Below, in pieces: positions 41,544-53,540 of a stretch of 58,590 nt of DNA. The DNA comes from Methanotrichaceae archaeon (lineage in GTDB: Archaea > Halobacteriota > Methanosarcinia > Methanotrichales > Methanotrichaceae). The position numbers and the translations under genes are program-made. Below the pieces are notes generated by a model. That model did no database searches, was not told the DNA's origin, and saw only the letters and a list, made by a program, of their open reading frames with translations. Position 1 is the stretch's first letter. The number at the start of each line of letters is the position of its first letter. The stretch covers positions 1 to 58,590 of the forward strand of contig CAWEXU010000027.1 in the NCBI GenBank assembly GCA_963813075.1, in the 5' to 3' direction.

Positions 41544-42709
41544 TCAGCCGAATAGGGGATATTCTCCTTCAGGCACCAGGCCAGCTGGGCGAGCATGGGA
41601 ACGGATCTCCTTCTCCTCCCCAAGCCTCTGGACCATGATCTCCGCCAGGCTGCCCTGCTCGATTCTCTTTTCGATCAGGGGAAGATATCTATGCTCCTCT
41701 CGGGTGGCATTCCTCTGTGCCAGGGCATAAAGCCTTTCCAGCTCCGGCCTCATGGCCGCCACCCCGCGACGCATGCCGTCCTCCAGCATCGCTAAAAGGC
41801 TGCCCTCATCCTCCTCCAGCTCCAGGTCAGAGCGAAGGAGAGCCATGATGAATGCACATATTGCCATATCCGAATGCAGACACTCCTGCTCATCTATGGC
41901 CTTGATCTCCAGGCACCTCCTGGTGAAGCGCACGATCTCCCCTCTGGAGTTCACCCACTCGTGGCACAAGATCTCAGCATGCTGCTTTTTCAATTCCCGG
42001 TAGATATTGCGGTTGATCTGGACATAATCTCTGATTCCCTCCAGCCTCTCGGGAAGCACGTCCCGGCAGATCTGGGGGATCTGGGCCTGATTTTTTCGGT
42101 AGTAAACCAGCCGGTTGTCCATATAGGAATTTGCCCGTCCCTCCACAAAGGGAGAGGATGCAGATACCGCCACCAGATAGGGCATGAGCGAGCGGACCTT
42201 GTTGAACATCTCCACCAGCTCCTGCTCATCCTTATAGGGGATATTGATCTGCAGCGCCTGGATGTTCAGCCAGCCGTGCTGCCTGATGCCAAAGAGCCGG
42301 TCGTACGCCTGGTAGTAGTCCTGCTCATCGTGGTCCCAGAAGGTGGTCTGATCCAGGGTCAGAAGGGGATGCATTCCCAGGCCCAGGAAGTGGTACTCAT
42401 TTTTCGTCGCCCGGTACAGCTCTTGCAATCCACTAAAGAGATTCTCCTCCAGGCAGCTTAAGCTGCCGGGAGACGCCGGGATAAGCTCCAGGACATGCTT
42501 TTGCAGCTCTTTGGAGACCCGAATCCCGCCGAAGGCCACCTCATGCTCTACCCTGCCGTTAAGCCTCTGGATGATCCGGTCGGAGATGGCCAGAGGGCCG
42601 GAAGTTGCAGTCGTTTATGGAGTACTCGTGCTCCGTTCCTAAAGGAGATTGTGCAGGCAGGGCCCGGTGGAGCGCTGACTCGGGAGGTTTGCTGCAGTTG
42701 CGTTGCCAT
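41544..42709 (-). CDS. Glutamate-cysteine ligase family 2 (GCS2)-like amidoligase (indels near both ends)
   Basis: LGTEHEYSIND (upstream frame), KELQKHVLEL, LGLGMHP, NIQALQINI, SASSPFVEG, NSRGEIVRF, LEIKAIDEQEC. Confidence 0.85.
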
Positions 42710-42715
42710 TCCCGT

Positions 42716-43207
42716 TCAGCCCTCCAGCCGGATCTCGGCCACCAGATCGGTCTCGGGCTCTTCGATCTGCAGAATTTCGGCCATCTCCTCCGGGGACATG
42801 GCTCTCACCAGATCCATAATCATCTCCACCGAGGTCTCAAAGAGGGCGTCGTATGCCTTTCGGTTAGCCCTCAGGAATCGGACCATGGGGCAGATGTTCT
42901 CCCTCTTGAGGAATATCTGCAGCATATCCCCATTTATATCAAAGGTGAACGGCCCGGCAACGCAGGTCTCAGGCTTGACGTCATGGATGCTGCACTTCCC
43001 ATCCCGGAAGAGCACACAGAATCCATCCTGCCTGAGTCGCAGCCTCTTATATCCGGCAAACTCCACCGCATCCGGGCTGACCCCGTTTTCCATCAGTATG
43101 TCAATCCGCTTCTGGCTCAGGGGAGGCCTGGCCTCAAAGCAGCAGCCACCAGCCAGATGGCAATCATCGCAGGCCTGGCTCAAGGCCTGGCAAAGGTCCT
43201 CATCCAT
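42716..43207 (-). CDS. YkgJ-family cysteine-cluster protein
   Basis: CDDCHLAGGCC, DGFCVLF..GKCSIHDVKPETCVAGPF. Confidence 0.88.
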   Translation of the reverse strand: MDEDLCQALSQACDDCHLAGGCCFEARPPLSQKRIDILMENGVSPDAVEFAGYKRLRLRQDGFCVLFRDGKCSIHDVKPETCVAGPFTFDINGDMLQIFLKRENICPMVRFLRANRKAYDALFETSVEMIMDLVRAMSPEEMAEILQIEEPETDLVAEIRLEG

Positions 43208-44226
43208 TCAAGTATCATCTCTTCGAGTAGATCTCGCTCTCGCTCAATTGGCCCACATCCGCAAAGGCGGATTCTGCTTCCTGCGGATATCTGCCCATCA
43301 GGCCGGCAGAGGGGACTGGACTCCCTGGAAAGGTCGCGGGCATCGTCCAGAGCCTCGGCGGACATGAGGTGGGAGATGATCTGTCCGAACATCTCCGGGT
43401 AGTGCTCGTCCTCCCCTCCTTCCAGAGAGGGATTGTCGTTCACCTCGATGACGAAGAGCTTTCCGTTGCTCTCTTTTATGTCCACCCCATACAGCCCTTT
43501 GCCGATAGCCCCTGCCGCCTGCTTTCCCAGGTCGATGACCTCTGGGGGCACCTGATCCGCAGGCACGCTCTCCACATCGCAGTAGACAATATGGCCGTTG
43601 ACAGAAGCCTGGATCTTGAAGGTCTCTGAGGGTATGATATACCGGCAGGCGTAAAGCAGCTCTCCGTTGATCACCCCCACCCGCCAGTCGAATCGGCTCT
43701 CGATGTACTCCTGAACCACAATCCAGTCGGATAGCTTGAAGAACCTCTTGGCCACCTTCAAAAGCTCATCCACATCCGAGACCTTCTCCACCCGCACGGA
43801 AAAGGATGTGGACGGCTCTTTAAGAATCAGGGGGCTGCCCAGCTCCTCGAAAAGCTGCCTGGCCTGCAGGTCATCCAATTCCTTCTTCTTCAAAAATCTG
43901 GTCATTGGCATGGAGACATTCATTTTTTGCAGGTGCATGTACATGTTTATCTTGTCGGCGCAGATCCTGATGGATGTGGGGTCGTCTATCACCGGCACCC
44001 CGTACATCTCCGCCATCCTGGCGGCGACGTATGTGGTGTTCATGGGATCGGTGTCGGCACGAATGAAGAGCGCATCCAGCCTGGGAATCTTTTTCATATC
44101 CACGGGAAAGATGAACTCGACGGTATGGCCCATGCTCTCTGCCACGTCCCGGCACTTCACCAGGGCCATGAGCTGAGAGGAGCTGCTCAATGTCTTTCTG
44201 TTGACGAAGATTCCAAGTTTACTCAA
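43180..44226 (-). CDS. RimK-family ATP-grasp ligase (C-terminal end uncertain)
   Basis: LDALFIR, ICADKINMY, PLILKEP, VQEYIESRFDWRVGV, LYGVDIKE, VIEVNDNPS. Confidence 0.92.
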   Translation of the reverse strand: MSKLGIFVNRKTLSSSSQLMALVKCRDVAESMGHTVEFIFPVDMKKIPRLDALFIRADTDPMNTTYVAARMAEMYGVPVIDDPTSIRICADKINMYMHLQKMNVSMPMTRFLKKKELDDLQARQLFEELGSPLILKEPSTSFSVRVEKVSDVDELLKVAKRFFKLSDWIVVQEYIESRFDWRVGVINGELLYACRYIIPSETFKIQASVNGHIVYCDVESVPADQVPPEVIDLGKQAAGAIGKGLYGVDIKESNGKLFVIEVNDNPSLEGGEDEHYPEMFGQIISHLMSAEALDDARDLSRESSPLCRPDGQISAGSRIRLCGCGPIERERDLLEEMILEWMRTFARP

Positions 44227-44875
44227 AGCGTTTCACCCTCTTGTCCAGAAGGTCCTGGAGCATTTCCTTTTCCTCTTTGGATAATTGAGAGTATTTCACC
44301 GGCGCCAGGGAGGAAAGGTTATAGGTGCCGGAGCTGTCCTTCACCATTACGATCTCCACTAGCGGCAGCTTGAAGACCTGGTAGATCTTCTCCGCAATTC
44401 TGGATACCTTCTCACAGCAGTTTATGCTCCGGCCGAATATGGAGACGCATCTGGTCACATCTGAGGTATCGGCGATCTTCTGGTAGCAGAAAGGATACCT
44501 TCCGTGGTTGGTGATGTGACGTACCACCTTCTTTGCCTCTTCATGATCACTTACCAGGAAGTAATCTCTGGGGGTGGAGAAGTAGTTCAGGCCGTAGATG
44601 ATGGCCGGAATGGGCACGAACTGGTAGGAAACGGTCCAGTCGCAGACGGAGATTCCCGCCAATTTCGCCTTCTCCAGGCAGATGGGAACTATATATGCGT
44701 CCAGAACATCTCTGCTGCTGGGTGTGGTTATGGTTCCCTCATTCTCATTCTTGACGATGGCATAGTACGGCTCAGTCTTGTAGAAGTAGCTCTCATTAAC
44801 GATATATAGAGAGCCATCCTCCTCCAGGGTGTACATTATATCCTTCTTAGGAATCGGATCCCGTCGTTGGTTCAT
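44219..44875 (-). CDS. RimK-like ATP-grasp N-terminal (RLAN) domain protein
   Basis: IVNESYFYKTEPYYAI...TPSSRDVLD pattern; overlaps the ATP-grasp start. Confidence 0.7.
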   Translation of the reverse strand: MNQRRDPIPKKDIMYTLEEDGSLYIVNESYFYKTEPYYAIVKNENEGTITTPSSRDVLDAYIVPICLEKAKLAGISVCDWTVSYQFVPIPAIIYGLNYFSTPRDYFLVSDHEEAKKVVRHITNHGRYPFCYQKIADTSDVTRCVSIFGRSINCCEKVSRIAEKIYQVFKLPLVEIVMVKDSSGTYNLSSLAPVKYSQLSKEEKEMLQDLLDKRVKRFE

Positions 44876-45237
44876 TAAATGATCACCGCACGAATTGCGT
44901 GTGAGAGAATAGATCTTTTAATTGGGACAAAAAAAGCGTCCACATGTTCCACATTGTGCTGCCAGGCAGGTTTTTTTCCAGACGGTACCCTACGGTGTCT
45001 TATATGACTACGGTGCCGCTCCGGATCGGATGCAACTTCAATCTCTGAAATCTGAATCCCCAAAATGCGTTTAATTAGCATGTAGTATTTATCGTTGTCG
45101 TCCTGGCTACCAAAAGTGGATCTCTGAAAGGCCCCTTCCTATCATAAATCATTTTATTCGTCAGTAAATAGGGAATTGATCCCCGGAAAACAGGGATCAT
45201 TCGCGAGGATATACTGAAAGCTCATTTTCTTGCCAAG

Positions 45238-47382
45238 TCAATTTTTTTCCAACAGAGCGATCAGCTCTGCTGCGCTGGTCACTGGAAGCTGGCAGACATG
45301 ATCCACGCAGACATATGCTGCCGCCTTCCCCTTCACCGGGACCAGATCTTTAGTGAAGGGTGCGAATTTGACGATCTCGCTTCCCGATACTAAAACCACC
45401 GCCTTATTGGGCAGGAATCTAATTCTCATTGCCGTCAGCATCTCTTCCAGCCCCACCTCGCCCGGGCTGCCGGCCAGGGCAACCTCATATGTCGGACCCA
45501 GAGCATAGTCCAGGGCACAGAGAAACATGGTAAATCCCAGAGGCTGGGCGGAGACTGCAGGAAGGGCAGAGCGAGCGAGGAGGGCGGCCTTCTCCTCGAA
45601 CTTCTGATCTCCGGTCAGATGTAGCAGCCGGAGGTGGTTTAGGAGGGCAATGGAGTTTCCAGAGGGCAGAGCGCCATCGTAGTACTCCTTCTTCCTGACC
45701 AGCAGCTCTTCGCCATCATCCGCCGTGAAGAAAAAGCCTCCTGCATCTCTATCCCAGAAGTGCTGCTCTGTGACCTCATTCAGACGGAGGGCGGCCTTCA
45801 GATACTTAACATCAAATATCGCCTCATACAGCTCGATCAATCCCCAGATGAGGAAGGCATAGTCGTCCAGGTTGGCCGGAATGTCTGCACCCTCTCGGTA
45901 GCGGTGCATCAGTCGCCCATCGGGGGTCTGCATCACCTCTAAAAGGAAGTCCGCCGCCCTGCTCGCTGCTCTGGCGAGATTGGGATCCTGCAGTGCTCCT
46001 GCCGCTCGTGCCAGGGAGGCGATCATCAATCCATTCCAGTCGGTGAGGATCTTGTCGTCCTTCAGGGGGTGGACTCTCTTCTCTCTGGCCAGAAAGAGCC
46101 TGGACCTCATCTCGCCTGTGCGGCGGTACAGCTCCTCCTCCGGGATCTTCAGAACGTCAGCGGCATCGCTAACGCTTGATCTATGCCGGAGGATGTTCGT
46201 TCCCTGCTCGAAGTTTCCGCCCTCATAAACATCAAAGAGCCGGATCAACAGCCGGAAATCCTCTTCGCCCAGGGATTCCTTGAGCTCATCTGCCGTCCAG
46301 GTATAGAATTTGCCCTCCTCTCCCTCGCTATCAGCGTCCTCCGCCGAGTAGAAACCTCCTTCCGGGGAGGTCATATCCCTCAGGATGTACTCTTTGATCT
46401 CGCGCACGGTCCGGGCGTACTCCTCTTCACCCGTGGCCTGATAGGCCTCGGTATAGGCCAGGGCTATGAGCGCCTGGTCATAGAGCATCTTCTCGAAGTG
46501 GGGGACGAACCACTCCGGATCGGTGGAGTATCTGTGAAAGCCGAAGCCCACATGATCGTAGATTCCTCCCATCCTCATGCCCTGAAGGGTGGTTTTGGCC
46601 ATCTCCAGGGGCAGGATGTTTTTGGTTCTCTTCCAGCAGCGCAAAAGGAACATTATGTGGTGAGGGGTGGGAAACTTGGGGGCGGTGCCAAAGCCACCAT
46701 GCTCAGGATCGTAGATCGAGGAGAGGGCGCCAAAGCCGCGGGAGAGGAGAGTTGAATCGAATGGCGACCTATTGAGGGAGTCCTTATGACCCTCTTTCTG
46801 CCCCTTTTTCTGCTCATCGTTCACCTGGCTGCTCTGCCCTCCCCTCAGATGATCCACAATTAAGTTCGCCGAGTTCAAGAGGCTCTCCCGATCATTATCC
46901 CAGATCTCTTTGACCTGGGGGATCAGCTCCATTAATCCGGTCAGGCCCAAATGTCCCTTTTTTGGTATATAGGTGGCAGCGAAGAAGGGCTTTTTATCCG
47001 GAGTCATGATGACGGTCAGCGGCCATCCCCCTCTTCCGCTGAAAGCTATGGCCGCGGCCATGTAAATCTGGTCTATATCCGGCCTTTCCTCCCGGTCGAC
47101 CTTAATGCAGATGAAGGACTGGTTCATGAGGCGGGCCACATCAGGATCCTCAAAGGACTCATGGGCCATGACATGGCACCAGTGGCAGGTGGAGTAGCCC
47201 ACGGAGAGAAATATCGGCTTATCCTCCCTCCGGGCAGCCTCGAATGCCTCCTCCCCCCAGGGGTACCAGTCCACTGGATTGCAGGCATGCTGCAATAGAT
47301 AGGGGCTCTTCTCCTTGTAAAGGCGGTTTGGCTGGCAGCTGGATCTCGACTGATCTATGCCGGAGCTGAATTCTTCTGTCAT
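45238..47382 (-). CDS. Thioredoxin-domain protein, YyaL/SSP411 (DUF255) family
   Basis: [54 protein letters not shown]. Confidence 0.95.
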   Translation of the reverse strand: MTEEFSSGIDQSRSSCQPNRLYKEKSPYLLQHACNPVDWYPWGEEAFEAARREDKPIFLSVGYSTCHWCHVMAHESFEDPDVARLMNQSFICIKVDREERPDIDQIYMAAAIAFSGRGGWPLTVIMTPDKKPFFAATYIPKKGHLGLTGLMELIPQVKEIWDNDRESLLNSANLIVDHLRGGQSSQVNDEQKKGQKEGHKDSLNRSPFDSTLLSRGFGALSSIYDPEHGGFGTAPKFPTPHHIMFLLRCWKRTKNILPLEMAKTTLQGMRMGGIYDHVGFGFHRYSTDPEWFVPHFEKMLYDQALIALAYTEAYQATGEEEYARTVREIKEYILRDMTSPEGGFYSAEDADSEGEEGKFYTWTADELKESLGEEDFRLLIRLFDVYEGGNFEQGTNILRHRSSVSDAADVLKIPEEELYRRTGEMRSRLFLAREKRVHPLKDDKILTDWNGLMIASLARAAGALQDPNLARAASRAADFLLEVMQTPDGRLMHRYREGADIPANLDDYAFLIWGLIELYEAIFDVKYLKAALRLNEVTEQHFWDRDAGGFFFTADDGEELLVRKKEYYDGALPSGNSIALLNHLRLLHLTGDQKFEEKAALLARSALPAVSAQPLGFTMFLCALDYALGPTYEVALAGSPGEVGLEEMLTAMRIRFLPNKAVVLVSGSEIVKFAPFTKDLVPVKGKAAAYVCVDHVCQLPVTSAAELIALLEKN

Positions 47383-47902
47383 GGCAACCTCGGATATCTA
47401 TTTGATGCTCTCTTGTATATATGGTCATCAGAGATGGGTCAACAAAGAAGAGGTCAACAAAGAAGGGGTTAACAAAAATGCAGCGATCCTCTAATGGAAA
47501 AGGCTGAATTCCTTATGTGTTGAGTATATGCGCAGTATATGCTAAGCCTGTATCGAAATAGAAGGGCCGATGCATTCGGTTTTGCCTCGAGATACATGAT
47601 CAGGGCTCCGGCCTCCGGCTCCTCGCGCATGATACTAATATTATTTGTATTGTTGATTGTTCTGATAACTGGACCTAAATTTTTCTCCGAATCACCGCCA
47701 TCGCTATCTTCTGACCTAATTCTTCTGATGCTCATTAATCATAATTGACGGTGGTACTATCACTATCATTAATTTTATAACGATTGCTATCACTTCACTG
47801 AATATTTAGATGATATTCCATCTCGATAATCTTCGATATGTTTATATGCTTTTGAGACAAATTGGGCGTATACTCTTTGGAGTATAGGGGTGAACTAGAA
47901 AC

Positions 47903-48789
47903 ATGAAGGGAGTAATAGTTGCGATAGCTTTAGTCGTAGCTCAATTGCTTTGCTGCATCGCACTGGCAAATCCACCGCTTGTGCCTCCTGTGCAGTATGA
48001 ACAGTTTTGCGAGAGCCAGAAGGTATCCGGAAACGGAATCATAGATGTCAGCACATCTATTGTCGACAAGAAGATCGCTCTTGAATACTACAATACCATG
48101 GCAGGAGATGGCGATTTCGAGCTTGACTCTGAGCATGCTTATTCACAGAATTCCGATAAGCTGAAGAGAAATGTATCCTCGGTAAATGGAGGAGATAAAT
48201 CCGGCCTGAATATGTATGAGAGGACGAAGATGACATATGCCGGAGCCACTCCGCTCATGGGCGCCAAGTTCCTGCATTCAAAGGAGTTTTATGGCGGCAT
48301 TGGAGCCAATGTCCAGGAAACCTTCGCGGTAACAGAGATGGAGAAGGACCAGACGACATTCTTTGCCTCAACCACGCCATACGATCCCCAGGAGCCGGCA
48401 GATCCCGAGTGCGAGGACTACCTGAAGCTCCTTGAGGCTTATTATCCTGAGGAGTACGCCAAGTACATGGCCGAGTCCAAGCACAGCATAACTCCTGAGG
48501 AGCTCATAAATAGGCTCAAGAATACCGGTAGGGACACAGATACGGTCGAGAAGCTGATGACCTCCAAGGATGGGACCTATAATCCGGCCCACCTGATCGG
48601 CCTGGAGACCAAGAACTCCTTCAATGGTACCTGGGGCACAGATGCCTCATGGCACAGGATATTCTACAAGGACATCAAGGCCCACGAGCTGTTCTCCGGA
48701 ACATTCGAGGCTGAGAAGACCATCAAGTTCCATGAGAATCCAGTGCCTGAGACAGAAGCACAGTCCCATGTGAGGGCATAGATTGCTAG
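47903..48789 (+). CDS. Secreted hypothetical protein (probable 3' indel; likely ends CEGIDC)
   Basis: Upstream TTTATA box, GGGGTGA RBS, signal peptide; alternate frame TGT GAG GGC ATA GAT TGC TAG followed by a T-tract. Confidence 0.75.
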
Positions 48790-48842
48790 GTATCACCTGG
48801 CAATCATCCCTTTTTTTGCTTTTTAATTGATCGGGTTATCGC

Positions 48843-48964
48843 GGCTCTCCGCTCTATTGTGTGGCAATGTACTGCGGAAAATTTTCCTTTGTACTTCTGT
48901 GCCTTTGTGGTGAGGTCTTAGCATGCCGATTTTACTAGAGCTACAAATGGGCACAAAGAAGAGA
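48843..48964. repeat. Dispersed MITE/REP-like element, copy 2
   Basis: Colinear similarity to 4435-4549. Confidence 0.75.
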
Positions 48965-49081
48965 CGAATAGTGGCCCCTGGTTTGCCCATATAAAACGGC
49001 GAAGAATCGTTATCATTAATAGCCCAAAAAAGTTGTCGGATCGGGAAATATCACGATCCAAATCTCGCGAAAGCAGCTGCT

Positions 49082-49681
49082 TTATACCGGCCCCAGGGGC
49101 AAGACGACCTTCTTGTACACCTCATTCAAGACCTGGGCAAGTGCCGCATAGATTGCAGACAGTCCGCAGATGATGCCCTCATATCCAGCCAGCGTCCCGA
49201 TGGCAGCGCTTCCGAAGTAGTCTCTGGCCGCCAGCAGGAAGAACAGAATGGTAAGGGTGAAGAATACAACCTGCAGGGCTCTGTTGATCCTCAGGGTTCC
49301 AATGAACATCACAAAGGTGAACAGTCCCCACATGAAGAAATAGGCCGCAAAGGCCACCTTGCTGGTGGCAGTGCCAAGGCCCAAATTGGGCATGAGGATC
49401 AATCCCACAAGGGTGAGCCAGAATAGGCCGTATGATGTGAAGGCAGTGGTTCCGAAGGTGTTGTTCTTCTTCCACTCCATTATTCCGGCGATGATCTGGG
49501 CCATGCCGCCATAGAATATTCCCATGGCCAGGATCATGGTATTCAGCTCATAGTATCCTGCATTGTGAATGTTCAGCAAAACAGTGGTCATACCGAAGCC
49601 CAGCAGGCCTAATGGAGCCGGGTTTGCAGTGTTATCGATCAGTCGCAGCGAACTTACTGCACCTTTCTTAACATCTTCCAT
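49082..49681 (-). CDS. satP: Acetate uptake transporter, GPR1/FUN34/YaaH (SatP/Ady2) family
   Basis: [15 protein letters not shown] signature, [15 protein letters not shown]; six TM segments. Confidence 0.95.
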   Translation of the reverse strand: MEDVKKGAVSSLRLIDNTANPAPLGLLGFGMTTVLLNIHNAGYYELNTMILAMGIFYGGMAQIIAGIMEWKKNNTFGTTAFTSYGLFWLTLVGLILMPNLGLGTATSKVAFAAYFFMWGLFTFVMFIGTLRINRALQVVFFTLTILFFLLAARDYFGSAAIGTLAGYEGIICGLSAIYAALAQVLNEVYKKVVLPLGPV

Positions 49682-50354
49682 ATTCTTTCCCTCCTGAATT
49701 CTTGATGTGTCTGATGAGCTATTCCTAAATATTAATCCTTTATCCTTAAAAATATTAATTGATGATAATGCGAAATGATTGATAAAATGCGAACATAGAT
49801 ATCTTTTTGTTAGGTTAATTAATGATAATAAACTTATTGTGAGATCGATAACCTCTGATATACAATTTTTTGCCGGTATTGGTCCTGGATAATAGTATCA
49901 GCTTTTTTCATAAGACATAATTCCAGAACCTTTCTTGAAAAGATCCATTTCGCGAGGCGCAGCCCTGGGTGCGGGCGAAAAGATGGGTCTCCTGTCAGAT
50001 GGCCTGCCCTCCAATTCCAGATATGGCTCCCGTGAGCCGCTTGATGATTTTTGAGCCGGCATTATTGCACTGCCCACTTTTATGTCCTGGTATAGTTTTA
50101 TATATTTTACTTTCCAATTGACTACTGAAATTATAGCTAAAATAATTTAGAATGAAATTCTTCATGCCATATACAGTAAAATTTATATATGATAGCGGAT
50201 GAGTTATATTAAGGATCCGGGGTTAGCTTTAAATGACTTTTTAAGTCATCCATCCCCTCAAGATGAATATACCCGGATCCTCCCTTCGAATTTTTGATAA
50301 TGTTATACCGGAATTTTGATCTATCATCCAGGTCTATGGAAGCTGTGATTGGCT

Positions 50355-50756
50355 ATGATCGAGATCAACACAAGTGGGCCTGTAGACGTGAGAGATATCA
50401 CAATAGAGGTAGAAAAATCACTGCAGGAGGACGGTATTCAGACCGGCATTGCCCTGATCTCTACCCTCCATACCACCACTGGATTAACAGTGAATGAGGC
50501 CGATCCGGCTCTCATGCAGGACATGTTAAACCTTCTGGAGAAATTAGCCCCGGAGAGTGGCGAATATCTTCACGACCACGGAGAGAGAAATGCCCATGCC
50601 CATCTGCGGGCAGCACTAATCGGAAATAGCGTCACTGTCCCTGTTATGCAGGGCCGGCTGTCGTTGGGGACCTGGCAGAGAATCATTTTCTTTGAGTTCG
50701 ACGGTCCCAGGAGGAGAAGAATTCAGGTCAAAACCATCTCCATCCCTGAAAAATAA
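50355..50756 (+). CDS. yjbQ: YjbQ/UPF0047 family protein
   Basis: HTTTGLTVNE, NAHAHLRA, LGTWQRIIFFEFDGPR. Confidence 0.93.
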   Translation: MIEINTSGPVDVRDITIEVEKSLQEDGIQTGIALISTLHTTTGLTVNEADPALMQDMLNLLEKLAPESGEYLHDHGERNAHAHLRAALIGNSVTVPVMQGRLSLGTWQRIIFFEFDGPRRRRIQVKTISIPEK

Positions 50757-50786
50757 TTATAATACAAAATGAGGAAAAGGGAGTTG

Positions 50787-50841
50787 GATGAAACGGAGAT
50801 GAAACAAAGATGAAACGGAGATGAAACAAAGATGAAACAGA
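50787..50841. repeat. Five tandem 11-bp units GATGAAACRRA between convergent genes
   Basis: Directly visible; units alternate GGA and AAA endings, last unit AGA. Confidence 0.9.
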
Positions 50842-50888
50842 GGGCGAGGAAAAGATATGCTCTTCCTGCCAAATCCAATAGATCCGCC

Positions 50889-51755
50889 TCAGATAGGCGT
50901 TCCTGAGCTCATTGCCATCTTTCTGAATGCCGCCATGAGCGCCTTTGTTATCGGCCCAGGTTTGCCGCTGCCTATGATTCTGCCATCGATTTTAGTGACG
51001 GGAGCGACCTCTGCCGCCGTGCCTGTGACGAAGACCTCGTCGCCGGTGTAAAGGTCGAACAGGCCCAGATCAGTTTCCTTGACCTCGATTCCATTCTTCT
51101 CCGCCAGCTCTATGACCGCCTCCCTGGTTATACCTTTCAGGTTATTCAGAGTGTGAGGGGTATAGATTTTTTTATTCTTTATAACAAATATATTGTCCCC
51201 GCTCCCCTCGGATATCCTTCCCTGAGCATCAAGGATGATGGCCTCATTTCCCCCTTTGACATTGGCCTCTATCTTGGCCAGGATGTTGTTCAGATAGTTG
51301 AGGCTCTTGATATTTGGGGGCAGGGCATCGGGGGCATTTCTGCGAACGGAAACGCTGATGGCGGTCAGGCCGACCTCATAGAGGCTTCCATACATCGCTC
51401 CCCATTCGACGGCAACGATGATAACCGTGGGCTTCTCGCACTTCAGGGGATCCAGGCCCAGGTCTCCATATCCTCTGGTGACTATGGGCCGGATATAGGC
51501 ATCGCGCAGGCCGTTCTTGCGCAGCGTCTCTCTGATCGCCAGGGCCATCTCCTCCTGGCTCAGGGGGATGGAAAGCATGATCGCCTGAGCAGAGTCGTAG
51601 AGCCTTTTGACATGATCTTCCAGCCTGAAGACCCGTCCATCATAGGCTCTTATGCCCTCGAAGACTCCATCGCCATAAAGAAATCCGTGATCAAAGACCG
51701 AGACCGCGGCTTTTTCAGCCGGAACATACTCGCCGTCAAGATAAATAAGGTTCAT
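50889..51755 (-). CDS. ilvE: Branched-chain amino acid aminotransferase
   Basis: [50 protein letters not shown]. Confidence 0.96.
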   Translation of the reverse strand: MNLIYLDGEYVPAEKAAVSVFDHGFLYGDGVFEGIRAYDGRVFRLEDHVKRLYDSAQAIMLSIPLSQEEMALAIRETLRKNGLRDAYIRPIVTRGYGDLGLDPLKCEKPTVIIVAVEWGAMYGSLYEVGLTAISVSVRRNAPDALPPNIKSLNYLNNILAKIEANVKGGNEAIILDAQGRISEGSGDNIFVIKNKKIYTPHTLNNLKGITREAVIELAEKNGIEVKETDLGLFDLYTGDEVFVTGTAAEVAPVTKIDGRIIGSGKPGPITKALMAAFRKMAMSSGTPI

Positions 51756-51871
51756 TGAGGATCTTGTAGTTGGACTATTGCCAAGGATATATGCATTTTG
51801 ATCGATGGGTTTATTAGAGAAGGAAGGAAGCTAGGTGCCTACTCTCTACTCTTTCACGGGGTTTGAAGCTA

Positions 51872-52282
51872 ATGGCAAAACTCGGTTTCGTTGTCTCGGA
51901 GTTCAATAGGGACATCACCTATCAGATGGAGCTTTTGGGCAGGGAACATGCCCAGTTCCTGGGAGCAGATGTCGCCGCAGTGGTTTATGTTCCTGGAGTA
52001 TTTGACATGCCCATAGCGGTAAAGAAGATGCTTTGTCGCGAGGACATCGATGCCGTCGTGACAATCGGCTGTGTGATCCAGGGGGATACCGCCCATGATG
52101 AGGTTGTGGTCAATCATGCTGCCAGAAAGCTGATGGATCTATCTTTAGAATTCAATAAACCGGTGACACTGGGCATCACCGGCCCCAAGATGTCCCGCGC
52201 GGATGCCCAGAAGAGGGTGGACTATTCCAAGAGGGCGGTCGAAGCTGCCGTCAAGCTCCTGCAGAGGCTCGGTGGGGACTAG
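51872..52282 (+). CDS. ribH: 6,7-dimethyl-8-ribityllumazine synthase
   Basis: VVSEFNRDIT, VPGVFDMP, IGCVIQGDTAHD, KPVTLGITGP. Confidence 0.95.
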   Translation: MAKLGFVVSEFNRDITYQMELLGREHAQFLGADVAAVVYVPGVFDMPIAVKKMLCREDIDAVVTIGCVIQGDTAHDEVVVNHAARKLMDLSLEFNKPVTLGITGPKMSRADAQKRVDYSKRAVEAAVKLLQRLGGD

Positions 52283-52285
52283 AGC

Positions 52286-53422
52286 ATGGTTTCTGCACGA
52301 CTGGCCTCCATTCACGAGTCAACCACCCTGAAGATCTCGGCCACAGCCAAAAGGCTCACTGCCAGCGGCCTTGATATTATCGATATGGGAGTTGGCGAGC
52401 CGGACTTCGACACCCCCAGGCATATCGTCGAGGCGGGATGCAACTCCATCCGGATGGGCGAGACTCATTATGCACCAACCGGAGGCATTCCCGAATTGCG
52501 GCAGGCGATAGCGGAGAAGCTAAACCGGGAGAATCAAATTCATGCCGGGGCAGAGGACGTGATAGTCACTCCGGGGGCAAAGATGGCCGTCTTTGCCGCC
52601 GTCCAGGCGCTCATGCAGGAGGGCGAGGAGTGCGTATTGATAGGCCCATCCTGGGTGAGCTATGAGCCCAGCGTGGCCTTTGCCGGTGGGTCGGTGGTCT
52701 GGGGCGAGGTTGATTCGGATTTCATGCCCCAGAACATCGCCCAGAAGATCAACTCCAAGACCCGGCTGATCATAGTCAACTCCCCCTCCAATCCCACCGG
52801 GGCGGTCTTCGAGCGGCCGGTGCTGGAGGAGATCCGCGACCTGGCAGTAGATCACGATCTTTTTGTGATATCCGACGAGATATATGAGAAGATAATCTAC
52901 GATCATGAGCACATCAGCATAGGTTCATTGCCGGGGATGGAGGAGCGGACGGTTACCATCAATGGATTCTCCAAGGCCTATGCCATGACCGGCTGGCGTC
53001 TGGGCTATCTGACCGGCCCCAAGGAGACGATGAAGTGGGTGATCAGGCTTCTGTCCCATTCCGTATCCCAGGCTACCACATTTGTGCAGCGGGCGGGGGT
53101 TGCCGCCATGCAGGGCCCCCAGGATGATGTCGAGTTGATGGTGGCGGAGTTCCGCGCCCGGCGAGATATTCTGGTCGCGGGCCTGACGAGATTGGGAATA
53201 CCCTGCAGCGTTCCAGGTGGTGCTTTTTATGTGTTCCCGGATGTATCCGCCTATGGGGGAGGAGACCAGTTCACCGAGAGGCTGCTCAAAGAGGCCCTCA
53301 TCGCCGCCACTCCCGGATCTGCCTTCGGGCCGGGTGGCGAGAATTACGTCCGCCTCTCCTATGCCACCAGCCAAAAAAGGATCCTTGAGGCTCTGGAGAG
53401 GATAGAGAAGAATATTATGTGA
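52286..53422 (+). CDS. PLP-dependent class I (aspartate-type) aminotransferase
   Basis: GVGEPDFDTP, VNSPSNPTG, ISDEIYE, NGFSKAYAMTGWRLGY. Confidence 0.95.
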   Translation: MVSARLASIHESTTLKISATAKRLTASGLDIIDMGVGEPDFDTPRHIVEAGCNSIRMGETHYAPTGGIPELRQAIAEKLNRENQIHAGAEDVIVTPGAKMAVFAAVQALMQEGEECVLIGPSWVSYEPSVAFAGGSVVWGEVDSDFMPQNIAQKINSKTRLIIVNSPSNPTGAVFERPVLEEIRDLAVDHDLFVISDEIYEKIIYDHEHISIGSLPGMEERTVTINGFSKAYAMTGWRLGYLTGPKETMKWVIRLLSHSVSQATTFVQRAGVAAMQGPQDDVELMVAEFRARRDILVAGLTRLGIPCSVPGGAFYVFPDVSAYGGGDQFTERLLKEALIAATPGSAFGPGGENYVRLSYATSQKRILEALERIEKNIM

Positions 53423-53540
53423 GATTGGGCATAATATCGCTTCTCCACTATTGAGGCCTCATCTTTCTTTTTTGTCTTTGCTTATCAATTCACGTCTTTA
53501 TATCCAAGTTCCATTCGCGTCTTGGCTTTTGTATCATTGA

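Noticed and set aside
50212..50284. tRNA-Lys-like cloverleaf (ATGAC-TTTTTAA-GTCAT arm)
   Set aside because: No TTCRA T-loop or proper D-arm; kept only as a generic structured-RNA candidate.
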